DNA of 55,089 nt from assembly GCA_037139515.1 (NCBI GenBank), contig JBAXGH010000006.1, positions 1 through 55,089 of the forward strand, given 5' to 3'. The stretch is from a bacterium (GTDB lineage Bacteria > Patescibacteriota > Patescibacteriia > JBAXGH01). The notes beneath the pieces were generated by a model that did not search any database, was not told where the DNA came from, and was given only the letters and a program-made list of their open reading frames with translations. Shown piece by piece: positions 20,895-30,385 of the stretch (within the stretch, counting starts at the first letter, position 1; each line of letters opens with the position of its first letter). A program made the position numbers and the translations under genes.

Positions 20895-22979
20895 TTATTT
20901 CTTAATCGGTCTGGAAGCCTTAACCGAAGTGATGATTTTTATCGCACCATTGTTATACTCGATCACAATCGGGCCGTTGATCGAATAATTTTGCGCGTCT
21001 TCCGAAGCGCTGAGTGTAATCGTCATGACCGCACCTTGCTGCTCATAGCTCGCGTTGATTTTTCCGTCGGTATAGGTAAACGGAATCGTGAGCTTCTTGC
21101 TATCTTTCGGCGTGATAATCAGGTTTCCATTGGTTTCCGAGGACGGGCTGACGGTGAAAGCGAGCGGAACTTCCTTTCCCTTCAATTGATTTAAATCAAT
21201 GTTGAAGTCACAGCCGGCGAATGGATCGTTTGGATCAGCGGTTTTTGGCGCTGTTTCCTTCGGTTTTTCCGGCACGCCGGTAATATCATCGATTCGGAGA
21301 GTTGCACCGGCCCAATCGCCGGAAAGCTCCGTAAGCGCCGGGAAAAGCGGAATTCCGAAACGCTCGTTCAAGAATTTTCGATATTCATTTTTACCATCTT
21401 TGCCGAAATACAATCGCGCGCCCATCGCGATATCGTCAACCGAAATTTTACCGTCCATGATTAGCCCATTCAATTCCGAAAGTTCCGCGCGATTAGTGTC
21501 GGCCATCATTTTTTCGGCGAAGTGATACAAAACATCAAGTTTGTTTTCGAAGTCCAAGCCTTTATCCAGACCGACCGGACCAAGCGTCGCATCAAAAAGA
21601 TTATTTTTCTTAAAAGACTCGACGAGCAGCTTCAGCTTATCTTCCTGATCCTTAATTGCCGCCTCTTGTTTGGAGCGATCTTCAAACTGCTGTCTGTACG
21701 ACTCCTTCATGTCTTCGCGAACCCGTTCTTCCTGAGCAGTAGTGAGCTTTTCCATGCCGGAATCAACTCGAGCAGCATTTTCTTTCTTGATGGCGTCGAT
21801 TTCTATCTGACGGCGAACGCCGCGCATCTGGTCCCAAACGGCCCCAAAATCACCCTTATCATTATTGTAACCCCAGAATTTTCCATTGGCTCCTTTTTGA
21901 AAAGCGGTATAGGCTGCTTCGACTTCGGCATTTTTCCAGGAACCGATTTGTGCATTGATAGCTTCGACCGCAACTTTGCCGGCGGTCACAATCACAAACT
22001 TATCAGCAATCTGTTCACCGATAATTTTGGTTGCATCTTTATATCTGCCTTCAGCGACAAAACCGGCGGCCTGCGAAACAGCGGCAACATCTTTTGATCC
22101 CTTGACGATGGTTGCGAGGCCGGCCTGAAGTGCTGACTTTGGAACATTTTCCGCAATCTTTCCGGCAGCAATCAGCGCAATCTTTTCATTCATGCCGACA
22201 ACGTCGCCTTTCTTGTATTTATCGTAAACCTCTTTATAGGCATCATTCTTCAGTACTTCACCAAGCACCTTCCCTTTTATTGTCTTGTCCGAAATTCCCA
22301 TTTTTTCGAGCGAGATATCAATGATTTGTTTCGCGACATAGTCGGAAGTCTTGTTAATCTCTTTCTTCAGATGATTATCGAGCGACTTTGAATGCACCCA
22401 GCGCTCGGTGAGCACAGTTTCGTCAGCAATTTTGTTCGCGCCGAACAGACTAAAATGATAAGTCTCAAAAGTTATAAGCCCAGTCGCAAGGTCAACCGAA
22501 AGCGGCTTCAGATATTCCCAGCGTTCACCGCTAAAATATGCGACGTTGATTCTGTCGGCCGTAACTCCGACCGGAATCTGATTCGCCGCCATCTTGAACG
22601 TGATTTTTGCCGGCTCATCAAGACGCGTCGGCTTTCCGATAGAAATTTCGATCGGTGCACCGATGGTTTCAACCTCTTTCGAGGCATAGTCCGGCACACT
22701 TTCCGGATTCGCAAGACTAACTTCGACGTTGCTCGTAAAAGCACCAGCCGGCACGCTCACCAAAACCAAGTTCTTTTCTAAATCCCCAAGCACCGCTTCT
22801 TTCGTCGCATCAACCGTCGATTTAATCGGCTCCGAAATCGTCTTATCGAATTTCCAGGCCGAGTCACCGAGCCCAAGCTTACTCACCGAACCTCCGGATT
22901 TCTTCATCATGCCGTAACCAAAATAGCCAACGGCGCCTATAATAACGACCGCGGTCAACACTTTGAAAATATTTTTCAT
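20895..22979 (-). CDS. Membrane-anchored extracellular protein (possible ZU5-like beta domain)
   Basis: N-terminal TM helix; VSVPAGAF...HFSLFG pattern. Confidence 0.75.
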   Translation of the reverse strand: MKNIFKVLTAVVIIGAVGYFGYGMMKKSGGSVSKLGLGDSAWKFDKTISEPIKSTVDATKEAVLGDLEKNLVLVSVPAGAFTSNVEVSLANPESVPDYASKEVETIGAPIEISIGKPTRLDEPAKITFKMAANQIPVGVTADRINVAYFSGERWEYLKPLSVDLATGLITFETYHFSLFGANKIADETVLTERWVHSKSLDNHLKKEINKTSDYVAKQIIDISLEKMGISDKTIKGKVLGEVLKNDAYKEVYDKYKKGDVVGMNEKIALIAAGKIAENVPKSALQAGLATIVKGSKDVAAVSQAAGFVAEGRYKDATKIIGEQIADKFVIVTAGKVAVEAINAQIGSWKNAEVEAAYTAFQKGANGKFWGYNNDKGDFGAVWDQMRGVRRQIEIDAIKKENAARVDSGMEKLTTAQEERVREDMKESYRQQFEDRSKQEAAIKDQEDKLKLLVESFKKNNLFDATLGPVGLDKGLDFENKLDVLYHFAEKMMADTNRAELSELNGLIMDGKISVDDIAMGARLYFGKDGKNEYRKFLNERFGIPLFPALTELSGDWAGATLRIDDITGVPEKPKETAPKTADPNDPFAGCDFNIDLNQLKGKEVPLAFTVSPSSETNGNLIITPKDSKKLTIPFTYTDGKINASYEQQGAVMTITLSASEDAQNYSINGPIVIEYNNGAIKIITSVKASRPIKK

Positions 22980-23042
22980 AACAAAATTAGTTCGGATGAA
23001 GTTTACTTGCTCCGAACTAATCGTGTCAAAGTTATCGCAATT

Positions 23043-24164
23043 TTATTTTTCTACCTTCTGCGAACAAAGATCCTGAAGTGAAGATGCTTGATTAATAATA
23101 TATCGTTCACGCAAGCTCAAATAACCACTCTGCATTACCTTTACGCTATTGAGAAAATAGAAACTAATATCATCTCTCAATTCGGAATAATCATATCTTC
23201 TGAGAGCAGCGAACTTCGTAAGGTCCAAATCGCCGCCAAGAATATTTTTTTTCATCTTCACTTCAGCGGATTTCAGAAAATCTGATTCTGACATCTTTAA
23301 AGCCTCGGCTACTTCTTTCGCAGAATGAGCCGTCGTGAACCAGGCAGTAAGACGCATTGCTTTGCCGGTATAATCAGGCACGTATTCAATCCGGAAGTAT
23401 CCGTTTAACTTATTCGGCAAATAGTAATACTTTTCAGCTTCCGTTTTGAACTCGTTTTTCAGATAGGAATTTTCTGACTCTGAAATCTTAGACAGATCAA
23501 AATTAAAACTTCCGCCCCAGTCGGATTTCCTCTCAACATTCATCATTTCTTCTAAGAAAATCGAGATAAGTGGCCCGCTCTTCGATAACCACGGTTTCAG
23601 TGCCCCACCCAATCCGACTTCGATTGTATACGAACTTGCTTCCCGTGATAATTTCGGCGCTGTAAATATCGGCTGCAGACTGGTCATGACGGTTTCAATT
23701 TCTAAGTCGCTTCGCGGTGCGCTTCTTTTGTCCGATCCGCGATATTCAAACGCGCCTTCAGAGCCAGTCACACAATCATTACAATGATCTAATATTCCCT
23801 GGCCATCTGACTTCGAAACCGATTTGAGCGAAATACTTTTATTTCCCAAATCGCTCTTCACCGTCGAAATTTCAGCCGCGCTTAGTGTTTTCAAATATTG
23901 CGCATTACGAAAGTCACCGAGAAAAACATTTCCGTTATTGCAAATCACCGAGTAGCCTTCGGAATAACCAGCAAAGCCACCATGCAGGATGTTACGATTC
24001 ACAAGCAACGCATTTGTCGGTAAAACCAAATCACTGGCAGATTTATTAGTTCCGTTAGGATATAAAACTTCTTCCCGAACTACAAAATACCAATAACCAA
24101 AAACCGCTAGACTGAGTAACACTGCACTAGCTCCGATTCCAACCAAGAGTGTTTTAACTTTCAT
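23043..24164 (-). CDS. Membrane-anchored hypothetical protein
   Basis: N-terminal TM helix after MKVK; long ORF. Confidence 0.75.
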   Translation of the reverse strand: MKVKTLLVGIGASAVLLSLAVFGYWYFVVREEVLYPNGTNKSASDLVLPTNALLVNRNILHGGFAGYSEGYSVICNNGNVFLGDFRNAQYLKTLSAAEISTVKSDLGNKSISLKSVSKSDGQGILDHCNDCVTGSEGAFEYRGSDKRSAPRSDLEIETVMTSLQPIFTAPKLSREASSYTIEVGLGGALKPWLSKSGPLISIFLEEMMNVERKSDWGGSFNFDLSKISESENSYLKNEFKTEAEKYYYLPNKLNGYFRIEYVPDYTGKAMRLTAWFTTAHSAKEVAEALKMSESDFLKSAEVKMKKNILGGDLDLTKFAALRRYDYSELRDDISFYFLNSVKVMQSGYLSLRERYIINQASSLQDLCSQKVEK

Positions 24165-24189
24165 ATATCGGTATTTTAGCACGCTAAAC

Positions 24190-24228
24190 CAAAAAGCCCC
24201 GGGAGGCATTAAGCATCCCGAGGCTTTT
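24190..24228 (-). terminator. Intrinsic terminator
   Basis: AAAAGCCCCGGGA...TCCCGAGGCTTTT. Confidence 0.65.
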
Positions 24229-24234
24229 CTGATT

Positions 24235-24774
24235 CTAAATATGACAATCAAAAACCAAAACCGCTTTATCTTTATTTTCTTCCAAAATCTTTTTTACTTT
24301 TTCGATCCAAGCGTCCAGCTCGCGGTTGTCTTCCTCGGTACCGGCGCCGTAAAACATCGGACCCTGAATCCATTTTCCGTCCGGAGTGAAGACTGCGAGT
24401 ACAATTCTTTCTTGATTACCTTCGCCGAATAATTGCACTCCGTAATTTTCAGGCCGAGCTTCTCCAAGCATGACGCAATAATCAAAATGCCCTTCCGGAT
24501 TTTGTGTTGAGATATTAAACAAGCCGCCTTCATCAACGCCGCCTTCGGTACCGTCCCATGTCTTCATGTACGCTGCGAGTGGTTTTAAATCACTCGGATC
24601 GAGTTCAGTATATTCCGCCATGCTCTTGATTTGTTCCGGAGAAATATACGTTTTATACGGCGGAACTTCGGTGTTGATATTAAACTTTTCAAGCATCTCA
24701 ACCGTTTCGCTCTCTATTTGTTCTAACCCGCGCTCACCTCTTTCCACCAAAACCACGGCATTATAATGAGACAT
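24235..24774 (-). CDS. Hypothetical protein
   Basis: 179 aa; MSHY...NPEGHFDY...VFTPDGKW...DCHI. Confidence 0.8.
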   Translation of the reverse strand: MSHYNAVVLVERGERGLEQIESETVEMLEKFNINTEVPPYKTYISPEQIKSMAEYTELDPSDLKPLAAYMKTWDGTEGGVDEGGLFNISTQNPEGHFDYCVMLGEARPENYGVQLFGEGNQERIVLAVFTPDGKWIQGPMFYGAGTEEDNRELDAWIEKVKKILEENKDKAVLVFDCHI

Positions 24775-25043
24775 AATAATCTTGAATAGTAGTTACGAAC
24801 GATTGTATCGAGAATTGAGGTATTTAAAAAGCGTACCGTTGTAGAAACCGGTGCGCGAGTGATGAATGTGGTGGGAATTACGCCTAGCCGCACAGCGCGT
24901 GCGGCGTCGTTGTCCGGGGCTCGGCGACGCACGATGTGCCTCGCCGACGTTCCGCGTCGGTCGCCATGGCGACCTAGCGTCACTTCTGCCCGTTCGATTC
25001 CCACCAGATAATATTAAAATGCACCAACTTGCGTTGGTGCTTG

Positions 25044-25406
25044 TGGTGGAGGTGGTGGGAATCGAACCCACGTCCGAAAAGGATCTACAGGGTGCATCTT
25101 CGCGCGTAGCTTCATGATCGGCGATGTTCCGCCCTCGGTTCACGAGCAAACCGGCTTGGGTCTTGACCCTCGCGGCGCATCACAATCTGTCTTATTTTCC
25201 CGTAGCTGTGATACCCGGGAAAACCAGCCTCACATTCTGCATCAGTTCACTCGCTTGAGGCGCGCAAGTGGCTGATGCCGGAGTTCATAGTCTCCGGAAC
25301 TGACCCATTCAGGCGGCAGTTTGGGGTTTGCCCGTGATTTACGTGGCCTCGGGCACCACGGCGCGCAGCATCCAGCTTCATCTCTCCGTCGAAACCTGTC
25401 ACCCCC
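25044..25406 (-). ncRNA. ssrA: tmRNA
   Basis: 5' GGGGGTGACAGGTTTCGAC and 3' GACGTGGGTTCGATTCCCACCACCTCCACCA; G3:U70 pair; PK1 (CGTGG/CCACG, TGCCCG/CGGGCA); 363 nt. Confidence 0.96.
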
Positions 25407-25481
25407 TCAAAACTGATTACACTATAATCAACTTTGAGGGAACGCGCACCGGTGTGAACACGGTGCGGAAAGAGGAAAAGT

Positions 25482-26012
25482 TCAGGTATAGGTGCAGAGC
25501 GCATCTTCGTCGTTCATGCAGTCGTGCGAGGGGTAGCGGCTGAAGCTCCGAAAGAATTCCGGCTTCAGAACAGTACACTCGCCCGGCTCATGTTGAGCAA
25601 AGAAGTGCGCGAAAGTGACGGCGACCGCGTAAGAAACGTTGTGCTTCAGCTTGCGAACCACGTCCCCATTCACTTCCTCAACCACGCGCCAGCCTTTGCG
25701 CTCTACATCGCGATGATCAAAGCAGCTGCAGGTGCGGTTCCCGTATCGGACACAAACAACCGAACTCGGAAAATGGGTTTCGGCTCGAAGATCTTCTTCG
25801 CACCTCGGCCTGGCGTAGTGCTCGGTGTAGACATAGTCGGGTGATTTTTCATCCCCCGCTCGTCCGAAATAGTCGATGGCCTCGGCATAGGTCGGAAACT
25901 TTCTGAGGGCCGAAAAAGTCTCGTTCGCCTCGATGATGTTTCCAACGGTCCGGATGCCGACCCAGAACTCTTCTTGAACCTTCACAACGTCCAACAAGTT
26001 TTCTGCGCTCAT
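25482..26012 (-). CDS. Hypothetical protein
   Basis: GGAGG RBS before the ATG at 26012. Confidence 0.65.
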   Translation of the reverse strand: MSAENLLDVVKVQEEFWVGIRTVGNIIEANETFSALRKFPTYAEAIDYFGRAGDEKSPDYVYTEHYARPRCEEDLRAETHFPSSVVCVRYGNRTCSCFDHRDVERKGWRVVEEVNGDVVRKLKHNVSYAVAVTFAHFFAQHEPGECTVLKPEFFRSFSRYPSHDCMNDEDALCTYT

Positions 26013-26087
26013 GTGAGCCTCCGTATCAGTGCGGAAAGAGGTTATCCCTTTCCTTCTCAAAAGCTCGAGTTACAAATCGAGCACTTA

Positions 26088-26916
26088 AGAAGAAACGGGA
26101 GCTAGAGTTTCCTCCAGCCCCCGTGCGTCCCTTGCGGGAAGAGTCAGTAGCGAGTTTAGAGAGGGTTGGCGATAACACAGTTACGCAAAGTCCCTTTTCT
26201 ATCTCGCTTGCATCCTTGGAGGATTCATCATGAGGCGCTTCGCGAACTGCGCTGCCCCAAATGTCCCGTCCCAAGAGGTACTACTGTCAGATGACGTTTG
26301 CCAAGGTCGCAGACCCTAGCATTCGTCTTATCTTACGCCGCTCCATTCGGAGCAAGGCGCGGGTGTGCGTGAGCTCGGTTGACGCCGACTCCGCCCTTCA
26401 CCCGGGATTCCTTGCGAGCGGTTGTCATTCCACTCCAAGGCTATCTCTCGATTCCCTCCTTTCACCCCTTTGGGGATCCCGGAAGGTGGCAAGAAGGGCT
26501 GCGAACCCCACCGAGGATTTTGGCCCTCGAACCTGCACGTAAGGCGTCTGTCTGCCTTGCGCCGTCGCCCCAATTAGGAGCTCCGCTTTGACACTTGACC
26601 CAATGTTTACCGGTCGAACTTCCTTTAACCAGGCGAGTATTCAGCTACAGGCTACGGCCCGTGCCTAGTCGTCGCTCCGGCAGAAGTCCTATCCCTTCAC
26701 GAACGCTTTTGCATTCGCTACAGGCTTTTGCCCTTCCTTACGCTCGTCGCATCCCCGTATCCTCCTTGAAGGTTTGTTCGGGTCAGCTCGGATTGTTTCG
26801 GTCGGGCGAGGTTCCGGCACTCCCTCATCGATATGATTGGCTCATTCGAGCCGATCTAAAGTTTCGATTCTTTCGAAGCTTCGGATCGGCTCGAAGTGCC
26901 TTGCGTCATCATCACG
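26088..26916 (-). ncRNA. Candidate large structured ncRNA (~830 nt)
   Basis: Consensus promoter upstream, terminator hairpin at the 3' end, many short hairpins, no credible ORF. Confidence 0.6.
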
Positions 26917-26922
26917 AGCAGT

Positions 26923-26951
26923 ACTATAACACGATTTCAAATTTCTGTCAA
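26923..26951 (-). promoter_or_regulatory. Sigma70 promoter
   Basis: TTGACA-17bp-TATAGT. Confidence 0.85.
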
Positions 26952-27119
26952 GCGTCTAGTGTTCATGCTCTGACATTTTTGCTCTGTTGCAGGCATTAAT
27001 TGTCTATTTCTAGCTTTATTTTCAATGCTGTCATCCTTCGCCATTATTGTTGTCATCCCGAAGCCGAGGCATCTTGAAATGTGTTTTCCGAATCCTGCGA
27101 AGAGGACTAACTCTTAAGA

Positions 27120-27208
27120 CGTCGTCCTTGAAACTCGAGCACGAGTTATCAAGGATCCATGTTGGTCATGGGTCCAGGGTAAAGTCTGCTGACTTTTCGA
27201 GGATGACG
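27120..27208. repeat. REP-like palindrome related to 20801-20883
   Basis: Shares GAAACTCGAGCACGAGTTATC (inverted) and the CGAGGATGACG terminus. Confidence 0.7.
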
Positions 27209-27287
27209 AAGTGATTACCCCTCTTTGTTTGAATCCTATCTTTGGGCGGCAGATAGGCGTGCCTTTTTTAAAAGCCCCAACTAGACT

Positions 27288-27485
27288 TCAGTGTCCGAAA
27301 CGGTTTTCGCGATGAAGACGCCCGCGGCGGCCATGCTTGATCTCCGCCGCCATCATGGCGAGCGGCTGGAATTCGGGCGAATCCTCGCCATCAACCGAGC
27401 ACTCGAGCATCTCGAGGAGCTTCAACCCCCCGAAAGGCCCGTCGAAAACGTTCTGGGAATTTTTCTTCCCGCTTTCTCGCGCCAT
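27288..27485 (-). CDS. Small hypothetical protein (65 aa)
   Basis: GGAGG RBS before MARESGKK. Confidence 0.5.
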   Translation of the reverse strand: MARESGKKNSQNVFDGPFGGLKLLEMLECSVDGEDSPEFQPLAMMAAEIKHGRRGRLHRENRFGH

Positions 27486-27612
27486 ACTTCCTCCGCTTCT
27501 CGCCAAGTGGCGAGAAATGAAAACTGGAGCCCTATGCCCCACCGAAGTTTTCGAGTCGCTCAAAGCGTCTCAAAAATTTTGGTGGGGGTGGAAGTTTTGA
27601 GGACTTCCAAAC

Positions 27613-28140
27613 CTATTCCGCGAGGTAGCGCTCGATCCCAATGCGGAGAGCGCCTTCATCGTCGGGGGTGACGTCCATTTTGCAAGAGCCATCACAGGTC
27701 GTCGTCGTGACCTTGTGCGAACAACCCTTCGTCGGGTCATGCGCCCAGTCGAAGCTTGTGTGAACTTCGACGTGGTGAGTGCCGGTGCAAAAGCTGTCGC
27801 TCGAACTGCTACGCTTTCCGTAGCTAGTATCGAACCGACGGCCCGAAATTGCACCATCACGCGCGAACATCTCCGCCGAACCCGCGTCCAACTCAACCGG
27901 GTCTTCGACGATTCTGTCGCCTTCAACCAGAGACTTTCCTCCGCGGAGCTTTTGAAGCTCGACACGAAGGTCCGCCTCCTTCCTGCACGAACCATCGCAG
28001 TCACCTTCGACCGCAACGTCGTTCCTCGACTCGCCCGTATGACCGAAGTCATCGAGCGTCTTGCAGATGTGCTGCTTGCCGTCGCAAAAATGCAACGTCT
28101 CCCAGCCATCCGACCAGCCATGCTGATGCTTGCGCATCAT
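27613..28140 (-). CDS. Cys/His-rich hypothetical protein with repeated CDGSC motif
   Basis: GGAGGATTC-ATG; CDGSCRK and CDGSCKM repeats. Confidence 0.6.
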   Translation of the reverse strand: MMRKHQHGWSDGWETLHFCDGKQHICKTLDDFGHTGESRNDVAVEGDCDGSCRKEADLRVELQKLRGGKSLVEGDRIVEDPVELDAGSAEMFARDGAISGRRFDTSYGKRSSSSDSFCTGTHHVEVHTSFDWAHDPTKGCSHKVTTTTCDGSCKMDVTPDDEGALRIGIERYLAE

Positions 28141-28218
28141 GAATCCTCCATGCCTCGCCTTTTCAGGAGAGGACTTGTGGGTTGTGAATTGCAGTTGGGA
28201 TTATCCCACCCTCACAAG

Positions 28219-28323
28219 CTACCGCTTCTTGTTCGCCACGAACAGAGCTATCGTGGCTCGAAGAACAGGTATCTGTGAGAGAAGAACAAATCCGAGAACC
28301 AGCCACTGTGCCTGGACGCTCAT
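28219..28323 (-). CDS. 34-aa hydrophobic peptide MSVQAQWLVLGFVLLSQIPVLRATIALFVANKKR
   Basis: AAGGAGG RBS 5 nt upstream of the ATG; below the ORF-track cutoff. Confidence 0.5.
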   Translation of the reverse strand: MSVQAQWLVLGFVLLSQIPVLRATIALFVANKKR

Positions 28324-28466
28324 AAGCGCCTCCTTGGAGCAGGATGCCCCACCAAAAATCTCAAATTGATTTGAAAGCTTTGGTGAAGCTGCAAGGTATT
28401 CGGTCTTTTATTTCCTTGCTTTCCTCTTTTTTTTATCGTGCGGTCAGACGAGGAATCCGCACTAGC

Positions 28467-28682
28467 CTACCCTTCATAGTAGGCTTCTACCCGTGACCGA
28501 AGATCCCGATCTCGCCAGCAGAGTTTGAGGATTCGCGCCTCATCTCTGTCGGTGATTTCGAGCTTCTTCCCATGAATGACTTCGCAGCCACTCAGGGTCA
28601 CGCCGGTTGCACATCCCAACCGGAGATCGACACGAATGTGCCGACCGCGATAGCGGATTTCATGGCAGTCATAGGTCGCCAT
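28467..28682 (-). CDS. Small protein, paralog 1 (YRGR family)
   Basis: Alignable with 29150-29356; AAAGGGG RBS. Confidence 0.7.
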   Translation of the reverse strand: MATYDCHEIRYRGRHIRVDLRLGCATGVTLSGCEVIHGKKLEITDRDEARILKLCWRDRDLRSRVEAYYEG

Positions 28683-28699
28683 GCTCACCCCTTTCTGGC

Positions 28700-28975
28700 C
28701 GAGTTGTCGGCCGGTAGTTAGTAAGGAAATGCGCGTGCGGGATTCTCAGGTCGGGAATGGCTTTTGGCCACCTGAGTCTTTATCCGCTTACGTTTCGCGC
28801 CAACGCCTGTGACTGGCGGTCACAGGAAGGATTGGTTCGGAAGCGTCCTGGCCTCATCAAGAGTGTCTAGGGCTTGCCGAGCCCGGGATTGCGAACTTCC
28901 GCAACCTTTTCGACTCTCTCGCTGTACCTTTTCGCTCCGAGCCTATCGAGGACCTTTCAGTACCCCGGAACCCGC
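28700..28975 (-). ncRNA. Structured RNA motif 1, copy a
   Basis: Conserved blocks and hairpins shared with 29375-29625. Confidence 0.65.
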
Positions 28976-29149
28976 TTGAAAGTTCATTGAAAACTCTCAA
29001 GCTGGTCCCGGGATAGTGGCCCCACCGAAGCATTCGAGTCGTCTCAAATGTTTTGGTGAAGCCCGCAAGTTTCTGAAAATTCTCAGAAACCTGCGTGACG
29101 GTGACGGCTCGTTAGGCCCCCTGGAGCTTCCCCAGAGAATTACGGCCGA

Positions 29150-29356
29150 TCAGTCGGCATCTCCCAGCGTTCGGGCGCCCTTGCATTCGGGCTTCCGATC
29201 GATGAGCATGTCCAGCCGGCGCATGTCGCGCTCGGTGAACATGAGTGGCGCCCCTCGGAGGATTTCAATTCCTCCTCCCTCGAGGCTACCGTACCGCAGT
29301 GTCACCCGAAGGAGACGACCACGGTAGTACAGCTCACAACCCGTGTACCATGCCAT
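29150..29356 (-). CDS. Small protein, paralog 2 (YRGR family)
   Basis: Alignable with 28467-28682; AAGGAGG RBS. Confidence 0.7.
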   Translation of the reverse strand: MAWYTGCELYYRGRLLRVTLRYGSLEGGGIEILRGAPLMFTERDMRRLDMLIDRKPECKGARTLGDAD

Positions 29357-29374
29357 GGTGGCCTCCTTGGTGGG

Positions 29375-29625
29375 TTAGAGAAAGTAAGTCGGGCAACTTA
29401 TGGGTTATATCTGCTTTGGCGGTGGTGGGACATTGTCCCGCGCCTTGCAGACGTTTCCCATTCACATTGCGGCCCGTTTCACAACGCCTGATTTTGGCTG
29501 ATCAGGGGGGATCAGGATTACGCTTCCTGGCCTCGACACGATTTGAGTTAGGGCTGCCAGGCCCGCTCAAACCATGCTGTACCTTTGGCGCTTTCCCGTT
29601 TCGAGGACCCCTCGGAACCCCGTTT
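29375..29625 (-). ncRNA. Structured RNA motif 1, copy b
   Basis: Conserved blocks and hairpins shared with 28700-28975. Confidence 0.65.
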
Positions 29626-29769
29626 CAGTCATCGAGTATCGATGCTTGAAATGGGATTCCGAAGTGATCATCGTAGAGCTCTATGCCCCATCGAAGAGTC
29701 TGATTTTTCAGACGCTTTGATAGAGCCCGCACGAAAGCAGTGAAGCTCTTCGTGCGGAAGAAAGCAGAC

Positions 29770-30025
29770 TCGGGTTGGTGCAACACTTGCGTGTTGACTT
29801 GGCCCCGAGTTTTTGCCCGACCACTTTTCCGGTCAGGACTTTTCTTTCGAAGGGGCCCAAGCGACCCTCCGAAAGATACGCGGACATTCAGCCCATTTTC
29901 GTCGGAACCGCGAACCGACGATTATCCTTCCCGGTGCACTAGGGAGGGCGGGCCACGGAGGGTGACTTCATGCACCCTTGCAAGACAGATCGGCGCCGAT
30001 CCGTGCTTGCAAGGCTCCGTGGAGC
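29770..30025 (-). ncRNA. Structured RNA motif 2, copy A
   Basis: 35/37 nt identical block and compensatory stems versus 30103-30385. Confidence 0.65.
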
Positions 30026-30102
30026 AGTCTATAGCGTCCTCAAAATCGAGCGGCGCCCGTTATCTCGACGTAGCTGCTCAGCCACCTCCGAGGCGGTAGG
30101 GT

Positions 30103-30385
30103 TCGGGTTGGTTCAACACTTGCGTGCTGACTTGGCCCCTTGCCCTATTGTGTCCTCTACCGTCTCCGGTGAGGATTCTTGCGTTCTCCAAGGCGCCCAA
30201 GCGAGCCTCGGATAATCGTGGGCTAAGTTGCCTCATTTACTCCTCTCGCCCCACGCGTCGAGAGAAGCTATCCTCCGTGGTGCACTTCGGAGGCTGAGGG
30301 GTGTTGCGCACGACGGGTGATACTGCTGCACCCCTCACGAGTCGGCCGGAAATCGGTCCGACGCTCGCGAGTTCCGTCGTGTCTT
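30103..30385 (-). ncRNA. Structured RNA motif 2, copy B
   Basis: 35/37 nt identical block and compensatory stems versus 29770-30025. Confidence 0.65.

Noticed and set aside
24723-25543. Several short ORFs around tmRNA
   Set aside because: Shadows of tmRNA and the adjacent GC-rich palindrome
26026-26999. Short ORFs on both strands
   Set aside because: No RBS and Arg/Ser/Pro-rich shadow composition; better explained as ncRNA
27715-28278. 187-aa plus-strand ORF
   Set aside because: No clear RBS; the antisense ORF has a strong RBS, a shared UTR and matches the local strand; not fully excluded
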